A program made the translations under genes and the position numbers. DNA of 64,000 bases from Cirrosporium novae-zelandiae (lineage: Eukaryota): positions 558,001 through 622,000 of the forward strand of contig JAPETS010000010.1 in assembly GCA_026023565.1 (NCBI GenBank). Direction: 5' to 3'. Every line of letters starts with the position of its first letter. Position 1 is the first letter of the stretch. Shown in pieces: positions 13,088-26,025 of this stretch. The notes below the pieces were generated by a model. That model was not told the origin of the DNA and ran no database searches. It saw nothing but the letters and a program-made list of their open reading frames with translations.

Positions 13088-13772
13088 TTTTGAGTCAGAC
13101 ATTTATTTAGGAGAAAACATAATCAGGCTCGAGCCTATGACACCACTGTGATTGCGCAGGAATTTGAGTAAAATCGTACCTAGAATTAATTATTCTCATG
13201 TTTTTTTAAAAAAAAAAAGTAGAGGAAGACATTGCCACACAAGAAACGAGATAACACCCCGAGGCCACGAATGGGCTACAAGATCAATGTACTTAAATTT
13301 CAAAGGCTCTAGGCAAACGCCTGGCCGTTTTTTATTTCGAAAATTCTATAACAGATAAGACCATCTATATGTTATGACGCCAGGAGCTCTCTCACTAGTT
13401 ATAATATTAGTTGAAAAAAGTCCAACATGTGTTATCTTTTTGATTCATTCGTAATGCGGAGTATCCTCAGAGTAGCAACTGCTTCAGAATAAGCGTCACA
13501 ACAAGGAAAAAAATGCATCATGAACTTTGAAAATGCCCATATATTTGTCCTGTTCCATCCTTCCATAATGTCATTAGTCATCCTGGTTCATCCCACCAGT
13601 CTCCACGCTATGCCCATTAACACCGAAAATATGCAAGCATCGGACGGCGCGATGCCTTCATTGATACAAAACCGTCATTCTATCATTACCTCTCCAGATC
13701 TGTCATCTAGGGACACTGTTCCAGCGATGGTCCAGTGCTCATCACCTTCATTCTAAAAACTCGGATAACAAT

Positions 13773-14297
13773 TCATGCCATGATCCCGACCTGCAAGCCG
13801 GAGGCTTGAGCAGCCATCCGTTCAAATAGTGCGCCTGTCTCAATAGGGTAGGCGAGTACGATTTTCTTAGCCCAATCTAGCCTGCGTTGAACCTCAGCAG
13901 CTTGGACTCTAGAGCGTTGACTTTGGCTAGCAAGCTGGCCTATCCGTGCATCGGTGACATCTCGACGTTTGAGTTCATCGGTGACAATTTTGTGGAAGAT
14001 TGGGTTCTCTAATACGTCTTAACAAGGTGAAAACTGTAGGGGCTATAGGGTGCACAAACCTGTGATCAGCCTCCAAGTAGGATCGTTATTAGCATCCTTA
14101 GATGGTCGTAAGGATGAAACATGATCCTGAGGAGGATTGACCTCCTCGTCCTCCAAGATGGTTTGAAGACGTTGAGGAAGAAGGCAAGATCGCCTTCTTG
14201 GGCTTCGATTTGCACTTCGACGAGGTCGTCGAGGTGGATCATCAAAAGTGGCCGGTAGGTTGGCAGGGTTAAATGCGGTAACGTGGTTGTCATACAT
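13773..14297 (-). CDS. Hypothetical protein, 2-exon model
   Basis: 51-nt intron 14009-14059 (GTTTGT...TTAG) joins ...WRLIT to an open exon ENPIFHKIVTDELKRR...GIMA*. No recognised domain. Confidence 0.5.
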
Positions 14298-17136
14298 GGT
14301 GATGGCTGAAGCGTACAGTGACAGATTACGAGATGGGGACAGGTTATATATAATGTAACAAGGCTGTGCTGATGAGATTGCAATGGTGTTGCCTTGGCAC
14401 AGTCACGCTAAGCAAAGCAGAAGAGATAGAGGCGAGACGGAATAGGAGGTAGATGGAGTCAAGCAGTGATCGGTTACTTGAGTGATGAGAGATGAGAGAG
14501 ATGTTGGATGAATTGACAAACAGACAGATAGATAGCTCAGGTAAATAATTGAATGCGGCGGTGATGATGAATGGAAGAAGTTCGGGTCGACAGACAGGAT
14601 TTGCGATAAGTCTTATATCTCCTCCATGTTTCTCCGCAGGCTAAGGTGGGTGAGTTGTGGAGCATATAAAAGTGACTCCACAATAAAGCTCATACTAACC
14701 ACACAGACACCGGAATGACCTGAGTTTCATGGGCAGGGACCGTCTGGGGTCAAAAAGAGTAAGTATCTTACCTTACTGTAAATGCTTCATTATTGCGCAA
14801 AAAAAATCAGCAGACAAGGACCAGACAAGACCAGACGAGACCAGCCAGAGCCAGACAGAGGCTGGCAGAACTATGCAGGTGTGGACATTCACGGGCATTC
14901 CAGAAGAATGGCAGCCAATGATCAGAAATCTCAGGACTCGTAGGTTGCTGTAAGTCTTGTAAGGTCTTGTAAAGCCACAAGGGATTTGTCGATAAATGGT
15001 TGATCAATATAGGAATTGAATTACCAAGGCTCGCTCAGGACCTTGTTTGGAAAAGGTGGGAAAGGTGTAGGAAAGGTGTGTGGAAAGGAAAGGATAGGGA
15101 GATTCGGTGGGAAAGGTTTGATAGGTCTCAAGGACTCTGCCGATGTCAGACTAGAATCAATGGGGGGATTTTTGCTCTTGTCTAACGGACGTTACCGACA
15201 TTGGCCATAGCCCATCCTGCCCATATCCCTCATACTTGCCCGTCCCCCTTGTCCACCACCATTTCTGCCCATTTCTGCCCACTTGGCTCACACAAGTCGT
15301 TAACCGGTTAACCGCTTTCTCATCCTCATCTTCCCTCTCTCTAACCTATCAGGCATGTCATCCCGAAAGCCTTGTCCTTTCATTGCCACCAAGTTACAAT
15401 GATATTCATATACTCCTCCAACAACATGTCACCCTTTTGAGACCAGTGAGATTGGGAGCAGTTTGTGTACAGTAAAAGTAACCCAAGTTCTTCAAGTAAC
15501 CAAGTAACCCAAGTAACCCAATCCTCCCTGTTTAAGCATTTTGTGGAACATTATTCCCTCTTTAGGTTTAATATCATTGCTCCCTAGGCATCATAGTAGA
15601 TTTATCCCTTTTTTTTGTTTGATTTTGATTTCATGATTTCATTTTAATTTTGCCTCTGTTGATACAGTCGTCTTTACCTTGAGGCCTGTCATGAAGGAAA
15701 GCAGTTTAGTTGGACAATTTAACTTCAATTGACTCGGTTCCCCCTTCCCGTTACTAAACAAGGTCAAGCTAGTCGGAATTAGTCGCGTCCTCCATTCTCT
15801 TCATGCCCTTCCCACCCTTGACCACTTGATGTCTTGGAGCCAATTAGCAAATCCATATTAGAACCACACCCCAATACATCCTATTCACACCCACTACACC
15901 TTCCATCATCCTCTATATGTACACTCCATAAATCGCTGCCCTCCGCCTCCCGCTTTTACGGCCTACCGCTTTAAAAATTCTCCGCTTTTCCTTTCCATAC
16001 CACCAAATTCACCTACCAACGTAATATCACTGCGAGCAATAACCATCTTGGTGGAACACTTAGTTCCTTGTTCAAAACCAAAAAGGTAAGAAGAAAAAAA
16101 AGAAAGAGAGAAAAAAAGAAAGAAAAAAAACTTTGCAGCTTGAGCAACTGAACGATCCTTACGTGCCGCATCTGCAAGCAAAATCCTTGTCGGTAGATCT
16201 CGATCTTCTCAAACTGTTGAACTAAAAAAGACTTCCGTTGAACTACTTCCATGAACTTGATATAACTTTTTTCTATTAAAACAATACAATTAGACTTTTA
16301 TTCTCAAAGGTAGACTTTCGCAGTCCCGGCATTGTTGCCCCAAGGTCCGAGAGCCATCGGATACTTCGGGTTGATAGAAACGAGGTTTTTTATCGTCGAA
16401 TATATTACTATTATTTCATTATTACTCAATAGTGAACTATAGCTTGTCCCGCTCAGCGAGTACGTTGTTCGTCCACGACTATTTCTTGGCATCCTTGTAC
16501 CTGAGGTCTCGACTAATGGAGACTCTGTCGATCGTTATGACCATCTTCTTTGGTCGTCGCCATGTCATAGGCGGGGCCGTCTGAGAAGGCCCGGAGGGGC
16601 AAAAACGCTTTGTTTGGCATAACCACCACACCTTGGACCATTATCTACTTTAGATCTTGGTACTGGCTAAAGTCATTGCAAATTACCGGCCAATCTGAAT
16701 TATATCCCCAGTGGTCCAAGCAACAACGAACAGACCAAGACCAGGTCCAGGTCAAATCGTCGTGTACTCGACGTCAGGTCGACCGTATATTGCTGTGTCT
16801 ACATCTATCTTGGTATTCATTCATGGAATTTTAACGTGGCAAAATGATCATTTCTTGCGTCATTGATATATATCTTTTTGAAATTTTTGTCACTTTTGTA
16901 AAGTCATGTCTGAGCAACACATCATCCTTCAGCGCTTGCATAGAATGAATGGAGAGCAGCTGTAAGCTCGTGACGGGTATCATATCTCTAGTAGATAACA
17001 CAGGCCCATCCCTATGGGCCCTCCATATACCTTAACTCCTGTATCATCAATTCTCATAGTACCGGTAAGCCCACCGCCCACTTAAGATTCCATCCGTGGA
17101 GTTGTTTGATTTATCCGTGCCTAGTCCCCCATAACC

Positions 17137-20100
17137 TTAAACCACCTCATCTTTTTCACTTGAACTCCAGTAACCCTGATCCTCATTGATATCCTCTGAT
17201 TGCATTCCCATAACCTTTCTGCATATATCGAGGCAATTGTTCACAGAATTGACAATTGCGGTTTTGGAGAGGCCCCTGTCCCTTCCTTCTTCACCCCCAA
17301 TCCAAGTTCTCAAAAACGCCGCCACCTGTTCTACTTCACCCTGGGTTTGCTTAAAGATGACGTCATCGGCGGCACACAAACGGATGCATCGATATGCAGC
17401 AGCAAAGCTAAGCAAGCCAATATGAGATTCGTCGAGAACCTGTTTAAGAGACTTGAGGATTTTGGAAACATCTAATGTTGTCGAAGCACATCTAGTCTGT
17501 GATTGTTCAATCAAGGAAATCGTCATGGCACAACGCATGGCAATGCGAACATCAGGCGTGAAGAGACCATCACTGCCAGCCGAAACCGAGACCATGGACT
17601 TGGAATCAGTGAGTGATGACGCATCATCTACTTCTCGGAGCGCATTTGCAATAACCTTGACAGATGCATTAATATTTTCTTGCCGATCTTTGGTTAGGAA
17701 AACAGCTTTAGCAGCTAGTGCTCGTAGTTGGGCTCGAGATTCGCGAGGCGCGGTTTCTACAGCCATGTTGATATCATTAGATAGAAGCTCATCGCTGCAA
17801 ATAGACTGTCTCGACTGTTCAATTGAGGTCACAAGAGCGTTGCGAAGAGTGAGGCTCGACCACCAGGCTGCAAGCACGTCAAGGGGAGAACGTATCGCTA
17901 GGTCTTCCACAACACTATCCAGACCGGCATCACCAAAATGAGTGTTTTCAGTAGTAGGACGGCCGGAAGCAAGATTGGATGCGCGTTGAATGATCGAATC
18001 GACAAGCACCTCATTACATTCCTGTTGCAAAAGCGAACACAGGAAGTCTGGTAGAAGGCTGACTGATGCTGCATCCATTGTGGACACTTCATTAGAGGTG
18101 TGGACAAATTCTCTAGCTTGGTTCCAGTATTGGGTAGCACGCCTTGAAGCAATAGACTGGATCGGAAGCATCTTGATTAGGGGGGATTTCTGGGCCGCAC
18201 GCGCAAGCACATGAATATGCAAGGCCTTGAGCATCAGCCTCGTTGGAGAGTCAGGAAGTGTGGCGGAAGCAAGGAAAGTCAATAGTAGTCGACTAAAGCA
18301 GATGTCGGCATCACCGCCTGCGAGCTGAGCATCGATAGCGATATCCCAAGCCTTGATTCGAGCAGCTTCATCCTCCTCAGTGAAGCCAGTCAGGAGCGAG
18401 TAACCACGCCAGCCGATTACGTTGCGTAAGCACAGTTTACACATTTTAACGGCGATAGCTGCAATTTCGAATATAAAGCTGTGGTTTGGAACCCAGACAG
18501 TTTGCTTAGAGGTAAGCCATGCCTCCCGACGGACATCCAAAGGAGATGCAAGAAACGAGTCAGCATCAGAAGAATCCATGTTCGCGATTTTGCCCTTCTT
18601 AGTTCCCGGCTTGGCATCAAAGAAAGAAGGCATAATCACATATACCAGAGCGCCAAGGACCAATACCATTTTGAACAAGAAAACAAGATCAAGCCAGTGA
18701 GAAAAAACAGGCATTCCCATAACCATGGAAACCTGGTTCATTTTTAGCGAACTTGAGAAATATCCGAAGAGGTGGATGGGAAAAGCAAAAAGCCCCCGAG
18801 CTCCGGGGTTATTGCCTGTCTGCTGTTGTTCATTGAAGCCTTCCATCATGGTGAGACCAGCCAAGGATGCCACCATCAATTTGCTCATGTAACCTCCGCC
18901 GCCATTGGCGTTTCCAGGGGCACCAGGTTGTTGTTGTCCAAATTGCTGCTCGTGTGTTTGAGGCTGAAGGGGTTGGCCTGGCATGGGTCCAACAGGTTTG
19001 CGACCCTTGGGCTTTTGAGATCTGTCGACCGGACGTGCTGCTTGGAGAGAATTGTAATCAAATGGAGCATTGGTTGTAGGGATCTGTCGAGCGCGATGGC
19101 AATTAGAGCATCGTGCATTTGCACCTGCTAGTTCAGCAGAAGCAAACCTTTGAAAGGCGATCAATTGTCGCTTGAGGGAGGCATTTTCCTCGTTAAGTTG
19201 TTCGCTCTTTGTCTCAAGTGACCTAATGTATTCTGTAGCCTTGGATAGAACTGTTGCTTTGTTTAATTTGCGAGCTGTGGTCAAATCGCCATCTTGTAAA
19301 TCGAAATCATCTTCCGCATTGCCCCCATTAGCAGAACTCATGGCACGTAGGCAAGGTACGCTATCACGTAGCTCTGTGATTTTAGCATTCAAATTTGTAC
19401 GATACCGTTTTTCGATCTCATTGTGCGTAGTCTTTCTGCTCATCTTCCGACGCTGATTTGGATTCGAAGAGTCCTCGATTTGATCTTCAGGAGTGGATTT
19501 TCTCTTCCGATCTGGGCCCAGCAGAGTAGGAGACGTGGGTGAATCCGCGTCTGTCTTCGTAACTGGAATCTCTTTACTCTCCGCCATTGATCCGTTTGAA
19601 CCAGCACTCGACTTGGGAGAGCCCGCTGGAGGGGATGGTGACTGCTGGCTGCTCGATGGTTGATCCCGATATCCAGAGACGGATTGAGACGTTGGGGCTG
19701 TAGAAGATGTGGCAGGTGCGTCATAGGGAGTATTGTTATTTTCACTATTACCCGAAACTGGGAAAGGATAATCTGCAGGGGTCGTAGTTTCGTTGTTGAT
19801 CCATAGCGGTGAAATGCTAGCTGGAGGATTTTGATACAAATATGGATTCATGCCTTGTTTACCAGTGAGCCTCTGGACGACCGCGGCAAGAAGGGGCAGA
19901 GACAAGGACGGGGGAAAATACCTTGAACGGCTGCTGGGGAATTAGTCCAGGCTCCAGGAAAATCCAGACCATAAGCAGAACCGTCTGCGGGTAGGAAATC
20001 TGGCGGACTTTGCTCTGTCTTTACGGCTGGAGATGAATCATTAGCATCCCAGGACAGGTAATCTGCCCAACCAGTCTCGGCGGGAGAATCTGTCAAGGCA

Positions 20101-20412
20101 GAGCGCGCGAAAGAGTCGCGCTGTGGTGCACTCGAGAATAGCGGGTGGTCACTATAAGTGTGGTTTGCAAAGTAAGGCGAGTCGCCTGAGTTCAGAGAGA
20201 CAGCGAAAGATTGGTTGGAGCCAGTTGTGAGGTCAGAAACAGGCGACAGGTCAAAGAGTGGGGATTTATCTGGCAGGGGATATGTTTCCTGTGTGGCGGT
20301 CAGCTAATGCCATTGTGTGCCTTCATCGATCAACACATACGCCGTGTGGTTTGACGATGGTAGAAGATGGTGCGGAGAAACGTTTTCGCTGCTTGGGGTT
20401 CTTCCACTCCAT
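17137..20412 (-). CDS. srbA: Sterol regulatory element-binding protein (SrbA/Sre1-like), 3 exons
   Basis: bHLH with the SREBP-diagnostic tyrosine (HNEIEKRYRTNLN...LNKATVLSKATEYI), TM1 MSKLMVASLAGL, lumenal RGL, TM2 and a long C-terminal domain (AWDIAIDAQLAGGD). Introns 20289-20340 (GTATGT..GCTGAC..CAG) and 19855-19921 (GTATTT..AAG) give an open frame from ATG 20412. Confidence 0.95.
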
Positions 20413-20420
20413 AATATTAA

Positions 20421-20451
20421 GTGAGGTGATGTGAGGGTGAGGTGATGTGAG
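20421..20451 (-). promoter_or_regulatory. Two tandem SRE-like decamers ATCACCTCAC
   Basis: GTGAGGTGAT at 20421 and 20437 on +, one mismatch from the canonical SRE ATCACCCCAC. Function is inferred. Confidence 0.35.
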
Positions 20452-20994
20452 CCGAAGCTCTTTTGTCAGTTGATGTGGAGAGAAGGAGATTAAAAGGCCT
20501 CTGATTGATTTTAGGTATTCTTGCAGTATGGGATGTCGTAGCTGACAACAGATGAGGGGACGTCTGATATACCGGACGAGGTCGTGTTGTAATAGGCAAA
20601 CGAGTGGATGACGAAGGTTGCCGTTGAGGTTACAGTATCAAATAGATAGTTTCAACAAAGTCGCAGTGTGGATTAAGGGCCTTGTGCGAAGAAGAGATTT
20701 TCCAAGTTTCTCTTTTTTTGTTTTCTTTTTTTCTCACTCTTTTTCTTTTTTTTCCTTGGGTAGGGAATCAATCTAATTGACAAGTTAATCTCTTTGTAAG
20801 TGAGCTTGAAAAACGAAAAGGGAAGTGCAGCGGAGGCAGCGGGCCTTTGTATGGAAAAGGGCTAAGGCCGAGTGGGTGAGGGACAATGCTAGAGCTAGGT
20901 TGTGGAAAATGGACTACTGAGGAGGGGAGGGGGGGGGGGGAGGGACTTACCAGAAAGTCAGGAAGGACAGGTGGGCAATGGACAATGGCAATGG

Positions 20995-21058
20995 TAGTGG
21001 CAGTGGCACTTGGTACTGGTACTGGTACTGGTACTGGGGCACTGGGCACTGGGCACTG
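20995..21058. repeat. Compound microsatellite (GGTACT)n/(GGGCACT)n
   Basis: Directly visible tandem units. Confidence 0.85.
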
Positions 21059-24000
21059 ACACTCACTGATACTGGCAATGGGCAATAATGGGCAATGGAG
21101 AAGGAGCCAAAGGAGCCAAGGGAAAACCAAATAAACCAAAGGGACACCAAGGGAAGTTAGTAGCCTTAGAAGAATGGAAGAATGCGAAGTGTAAACGGCA
21201 TACACCTAAAAATTTAAGCGAGTCGAAACGGGCGGCGACCAAGGGGAGAGAGAAGTAAGTTGACTTGGGAAAGTTCAAGGATCGATTATTTCGCCAATGC
21301 GCCCCATTATCGACCATTATCGACCATTAACTATCCACATCTACAAAATGATTATCCACTTACCCAAATTTGCCCTTGTCACTGCCTCGATTGGGTAATA
21401 TTCTTCTCAACTTTAACATCAAGAGTGTGTCCACAATTACACAGGACTTGGAATACACACAGTAATGCCTTCTTGGTCGCTTTTTTATTGCCACCAAATC
21501 TATACTCAGCTTTTTTTTTATCGGATGGCGGTGATGCATGACGGTCTTACAGCCTACAGCTTCCGACCCGGGAATAATTGATCCTGTGCTCAATATATAT
21601 TCTTCTTTGAATCTCTCCGAACCCCCTCCAAGGGTCTATTTTCCAGGTGCTTCCAAGTGCCTCCAAGTGCCTCCAAATGCCTCCAGATACCCTCTAAAGC
21701 TAAGTGTGTTGCCTCAAGTGTTGCATTCAAAGGCCGCCGCCCATTGCCGATGCTCCCTTCCTAGGACGTAGACAAAACGCGAACAGGCGCGAAGATCGGT
21801 CCAGGGCTTGCACGAGTTCCACATGGCTGGAGGGGGGGGGGGGATGTGAAGTTCTGCATATATCGGGGCCGCCTGGCTTGTTCGGATCCTAAGATGAAAA
21901 GAAGAAGAAAAAAGTCAAGGTCTTCCCGAGGGGTTTCGGCGGTCGCCTGGTGGAGAGTAAATCTGAATTACATATGCACCTCCCACAGCCAATCTTAGTG
22001 CCTGGCTTTCCCTTAAGCTTGTCTCGGCGTTCCTTTTAACCAATAATACTTTATCTTGGCCTGCATAACCCCCCCCGGTACCCCCCTCCCCCCCTCTCTC
22101 CCTTCCCTGTTGGCATTGATTGGCGTTGGTTCTTTTGTTTGGTTTTCGTTGGTCCTTGCACGGCTGAATAAGCGGGATAAACAAGACTAAAGATCGCCAA
22201 GGATCTGATCCAAAAGTCCCCAATGATAACTCTTTAACTTTCCTAATTAACATGGATAGCTAGTCGTTAGTCAAAGTATTCAAACGCCCAAACTCCAGCG
22301 AAATAATTGCCAAACACTGCTAATCTATGCCTCAGCCGCTGTAGATCGAACTTCAGTTCCAGCCTCCAGGGGCGTACCTCCTTGTCGGCTCTGACAACTT
22401 GTCTTCAGAATATGCGGCGGTACATAGCTTCCACCTTTTCATCTATTAAAGCCTCTTTGATGTTTACGCAATATATGCCGATTAGAAGTTAGGATGACTA
22501 AGTACTCCAGATTGATGAGAAATCCTTTTTGAACCCTGGAGGATGCATCGATGCAATCATTTATCTACCAATCCATCCAAAAAACCCCGCTTCATTGATC
22601 CAGGGTTCGTCAATCATCGTCGATCATCCTGCAGGCTTGCTTGCTGCTGTACGCCCAACCTCACTAGGACCCTGATCCGATGTCTTCCTTGACTCCTTCC
22701 TATCATCAAACTTATCATGTACGAAAAGGCACATACCTTTTCGATTTCCTACAAATAGTGGCCATGATGGCGGATCGATGCGATGATTGAAATTTTTTCT
22801 TTAGAAAGGGCAGCGATAATTAGTTAGTCAGTACTCTAAGACTGACATCGCTGGCATGGCCATTATTTTTCCTCGTTCCGAGGGCCAACGCCGGGTTCCC
22901 TTCGTCCTGGCAAATGCATCTAATAAAGTATAAATGCTTAGAATGTCGCTGACTCGCACACTCTTCTGCGGGTGCCTTTTGTTAAAAATCCGCCAGCCAG
23001 CTGTCAAATTTGGGGGTCCTGGGTCCTGGCTTGTTACGTTGTGAACCTTAACCCACTACTACGGTGAGTCTGGGTAAAAAAACAATTTTTCCATTATTGC
23101 AAAAAGCTAGTTAGTCTAATGAATAAGCGGAGATGATGGCGACCCCTTCTTGGTCCTAACCACTCTCTATAGGGCTACAATGATCATGTACATTTGTACA
23201 GTGTACACAGTAATGTCCAACTTTTCTATCTATAAGGCATTATTATGAATCCATGAATCCATGATCCGTCATGACTAGTCATGACCCAAGCTTCCTTGGA
23301 CCCTCTCATCACCATTTCTAGTGCCTTGTTTTGTTCCCCAGTTCCAGGTTCGTTCCAGGTTCCAGGGTCTTAAAATTCTCCAAAATCTTAACTCTTGTCT
23401 AAATAGGGAAAGCTACCATCGACAATAATACTCAAGTAAATAGGTTGCCTAATTTTCATTATTCTCCTTATTCAAACTTATACTCTACCATAGTTGAAAA
23501 AAAAGAAAAAAAAAAAGGTATCCATCACCATCGATATCAAAACAAACTCATCTGAGAAGATAAAAGAAAAATTTTCATTAAATCACAAGTAATCAACAAG
23601 AAAAAGGTACAAGACCATGACAAGGCCGATTCTTCCGACCTCCGAATCAAGCGACTGCACACCCCGCGGCGGGTTCCGATCTGTAACACTAGGGTTTAGT
23701 GCCTCGCACTGTGCGCCAAGGTGTCCTAGTTCTACTACTGATGCATCAAAATGATTCAGCGGTCACTGAATAACCGAATTACCAACTGAGGCTCACATCC
23801 ACTGTCACCACCACCAAGCAACGCCGCGCGATAATTATAGTTGGTATCAAACCACCACCGTAGCTTTTTCGCAAATCATGTCCGTCAACTGCCCTTCCAA
23901 ATGCCAACTCAAATATCTCAATTTGCATTAAGGCATATGTACGCAATGAAGAGGGTCTTCCTGCCTTACTCCTCAGGCTGTTCCAGAATACTTAGCCTAA

Positions 24001-25160
24001 GGCATGATGTGTCTTCCCTCCACAATTTCATGCATATAGGCTTGCTTGGTGAATAAAGACTCGTGGAATTATTTTTATTGGGCATCATAATCTCCATTAT
24101 TGCCAAGTCATGGACTTTCTAATCCTTCAATCTTAGATAATAGCCGGGTTAATGAGCTTCCCAAGCTAAACGCCCTAATCGTCATTTCTTCGATTGCGAT
24201 AAACGTCAAGCCGACACGCACTGACTAATAAGGTATTTTTCCAGAAGTCGCGTCGAACCTTTGTCGATCGTCTCGTATTGATACGCGTTTCTGGGCTTCC
24301 CGATTGCAACGATCGCAGTCATCTCTTGTCGACGGTTACAGATCAACGCATCCTTCAATGCGAGTGGTCGACATCGGGTTCTATCTTGGATCCTTTCATA
24401 TTGAGGGACCTACCTTATCAGATACGTGAATATTTCATAGGAAGCTATGCTTGCATTTGCATTGCAGTGGTTCCCACGTACCAGATATCAATTTGACACT
24501 TAACATTGATAATCCACCTGAGTGCAGTATCCGTAAGTCCGAGTCTATCTCATCATCGATCTCGGGTAACAAGCGTCTTCATTCGTCGATGCCCTTGCTC
24601 TCTAGTTCTCAGGGTGATGGAAAATAAAAGAATATTCTGCGCCCGTGGTAGGCTGTAGGCTTCGTCCAGGTGGATATCAAAAGCGAGATTTCCACCAAAG
24701 ACGGAAGCATGTGGCACGGGGCTAGCTTAATTGCGGTCGGAAACAAGCGGGCAATAAATGTCAATTGCTTTTCAAGTCGCCGATCTTTTTTCGCATTACA
24801 ATAGTTGGACAAATATGATGAACACTTCGTATCAATGGAGGTGTTGTCGAAGGTTCGAGGTGGGACAGAGCAAGGCATCAAGAAGCGAAGGCCTTTGGAG
24901 GCGCATTTCCCAATTTGGAAGTATAATAATATTGATACTGAACTTGGCCAAGATGATTTGCACATCGTTCAACGATAATGGAATACGACCAACTACACAG
25001 GGTAGATAGCTCAGCCATTCAGCCACCAATGAAAAAAGGAGCGCTTGTGTTGTGGGACAGTTGGAATTGTGGATGAATCATAATTTGTGGGTGGAGGCAA
25101 AGTTGGGTTTATAAGTTTCGGCCGATAACAAAACAAATGCATAAAATGCAAGAATAAAGT

Positions 25161-25209
25161 GGGGGGGGGGGGGGGAGGGGGGGGGGGGGGGGGGGAAGGG
25201 GATGGGGGG
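25161..25209 (+). repeat. Long poly-G tract
   Basis: About 35 nearly uninterrupted G followed by further G runs. Confidence 0.95.
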
Positions 25210-26025
25210 ATGCCGTAGATGCCAGGATGCCAGGGTGCCAAACATTTCAGGGCTGGGTAACCTTAGCTGTTAGTTCTCCCTGCAAATAACTGGGAGTCAT
25301 GTGGAGAGGTCAGCGAGTCAGCTAGTTCAGTCACTTTCCTAACGCCTTTTTTACCGGTTATGGCCGTATTTTTGAGCAAATATCTCTGTTCAAAACGAAA
25401 ACAAGCCGAAGTGTCAGGTCTCGACTTGAGGTTGTCATGGCATAAAAGATCAAAATCCATCGAAATCCACCAAAGTCTAAACAAAGTAGCTAATCTTCAA
25501 GTTAAAACATTTGAAAGTATGAAAAGGGAAGTCTTTTGACAGTTGATCTTGGCTTTTTGGTAGAATGGCCCCAAAAAACCCCTCAGCAAAATGTACTTCA
25601 AGCGAGAAAGCAGATGATGGCAACAAAATGATTGAGCGGAGTTTCCCGTTATTCTCATTTTCCCGTACCGCAATTCATGACCGCAATTGTTCGAGAAATC
25701 TCGGCCTTTGTTGTTGCTCAATTCTTATTTGCAGAGCTGCTCTCATTCTCTCTCCCTCTCTTTCCCTCTCTCCTCTTCTAACCTTACCTTACTTAGTCAT
25801 ACCTAAAATTTTCCAGGCGCCTCTCAACAACCCCCAAACAACCCCCCCCACCCCCCACCCCCCAAAGCAGAGCAAAACTAACGATTGATGGCCAAGATCA
25901 AAGATGGGCACTTAGGCACACCTACAGTGACCTGCCACTTTAGTACCTCTGTACTGACCCCTTTTAGATGCTTTGACTGTTTCGCCCTCTGCGTCTAAAA
26001 CAGAAGGCACTTTGATTGAAGGATC

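Noticed and set aside
19848..20096. Apparent frameshift at the SREBP N-terminus
   Set aside because: Resolved by intron 19855-19921.
20768..21317. Pro/Val- and Gln/Tyr-repeat ORFs
   Set aside because: Translations of microsatellites upstream of SREBP.
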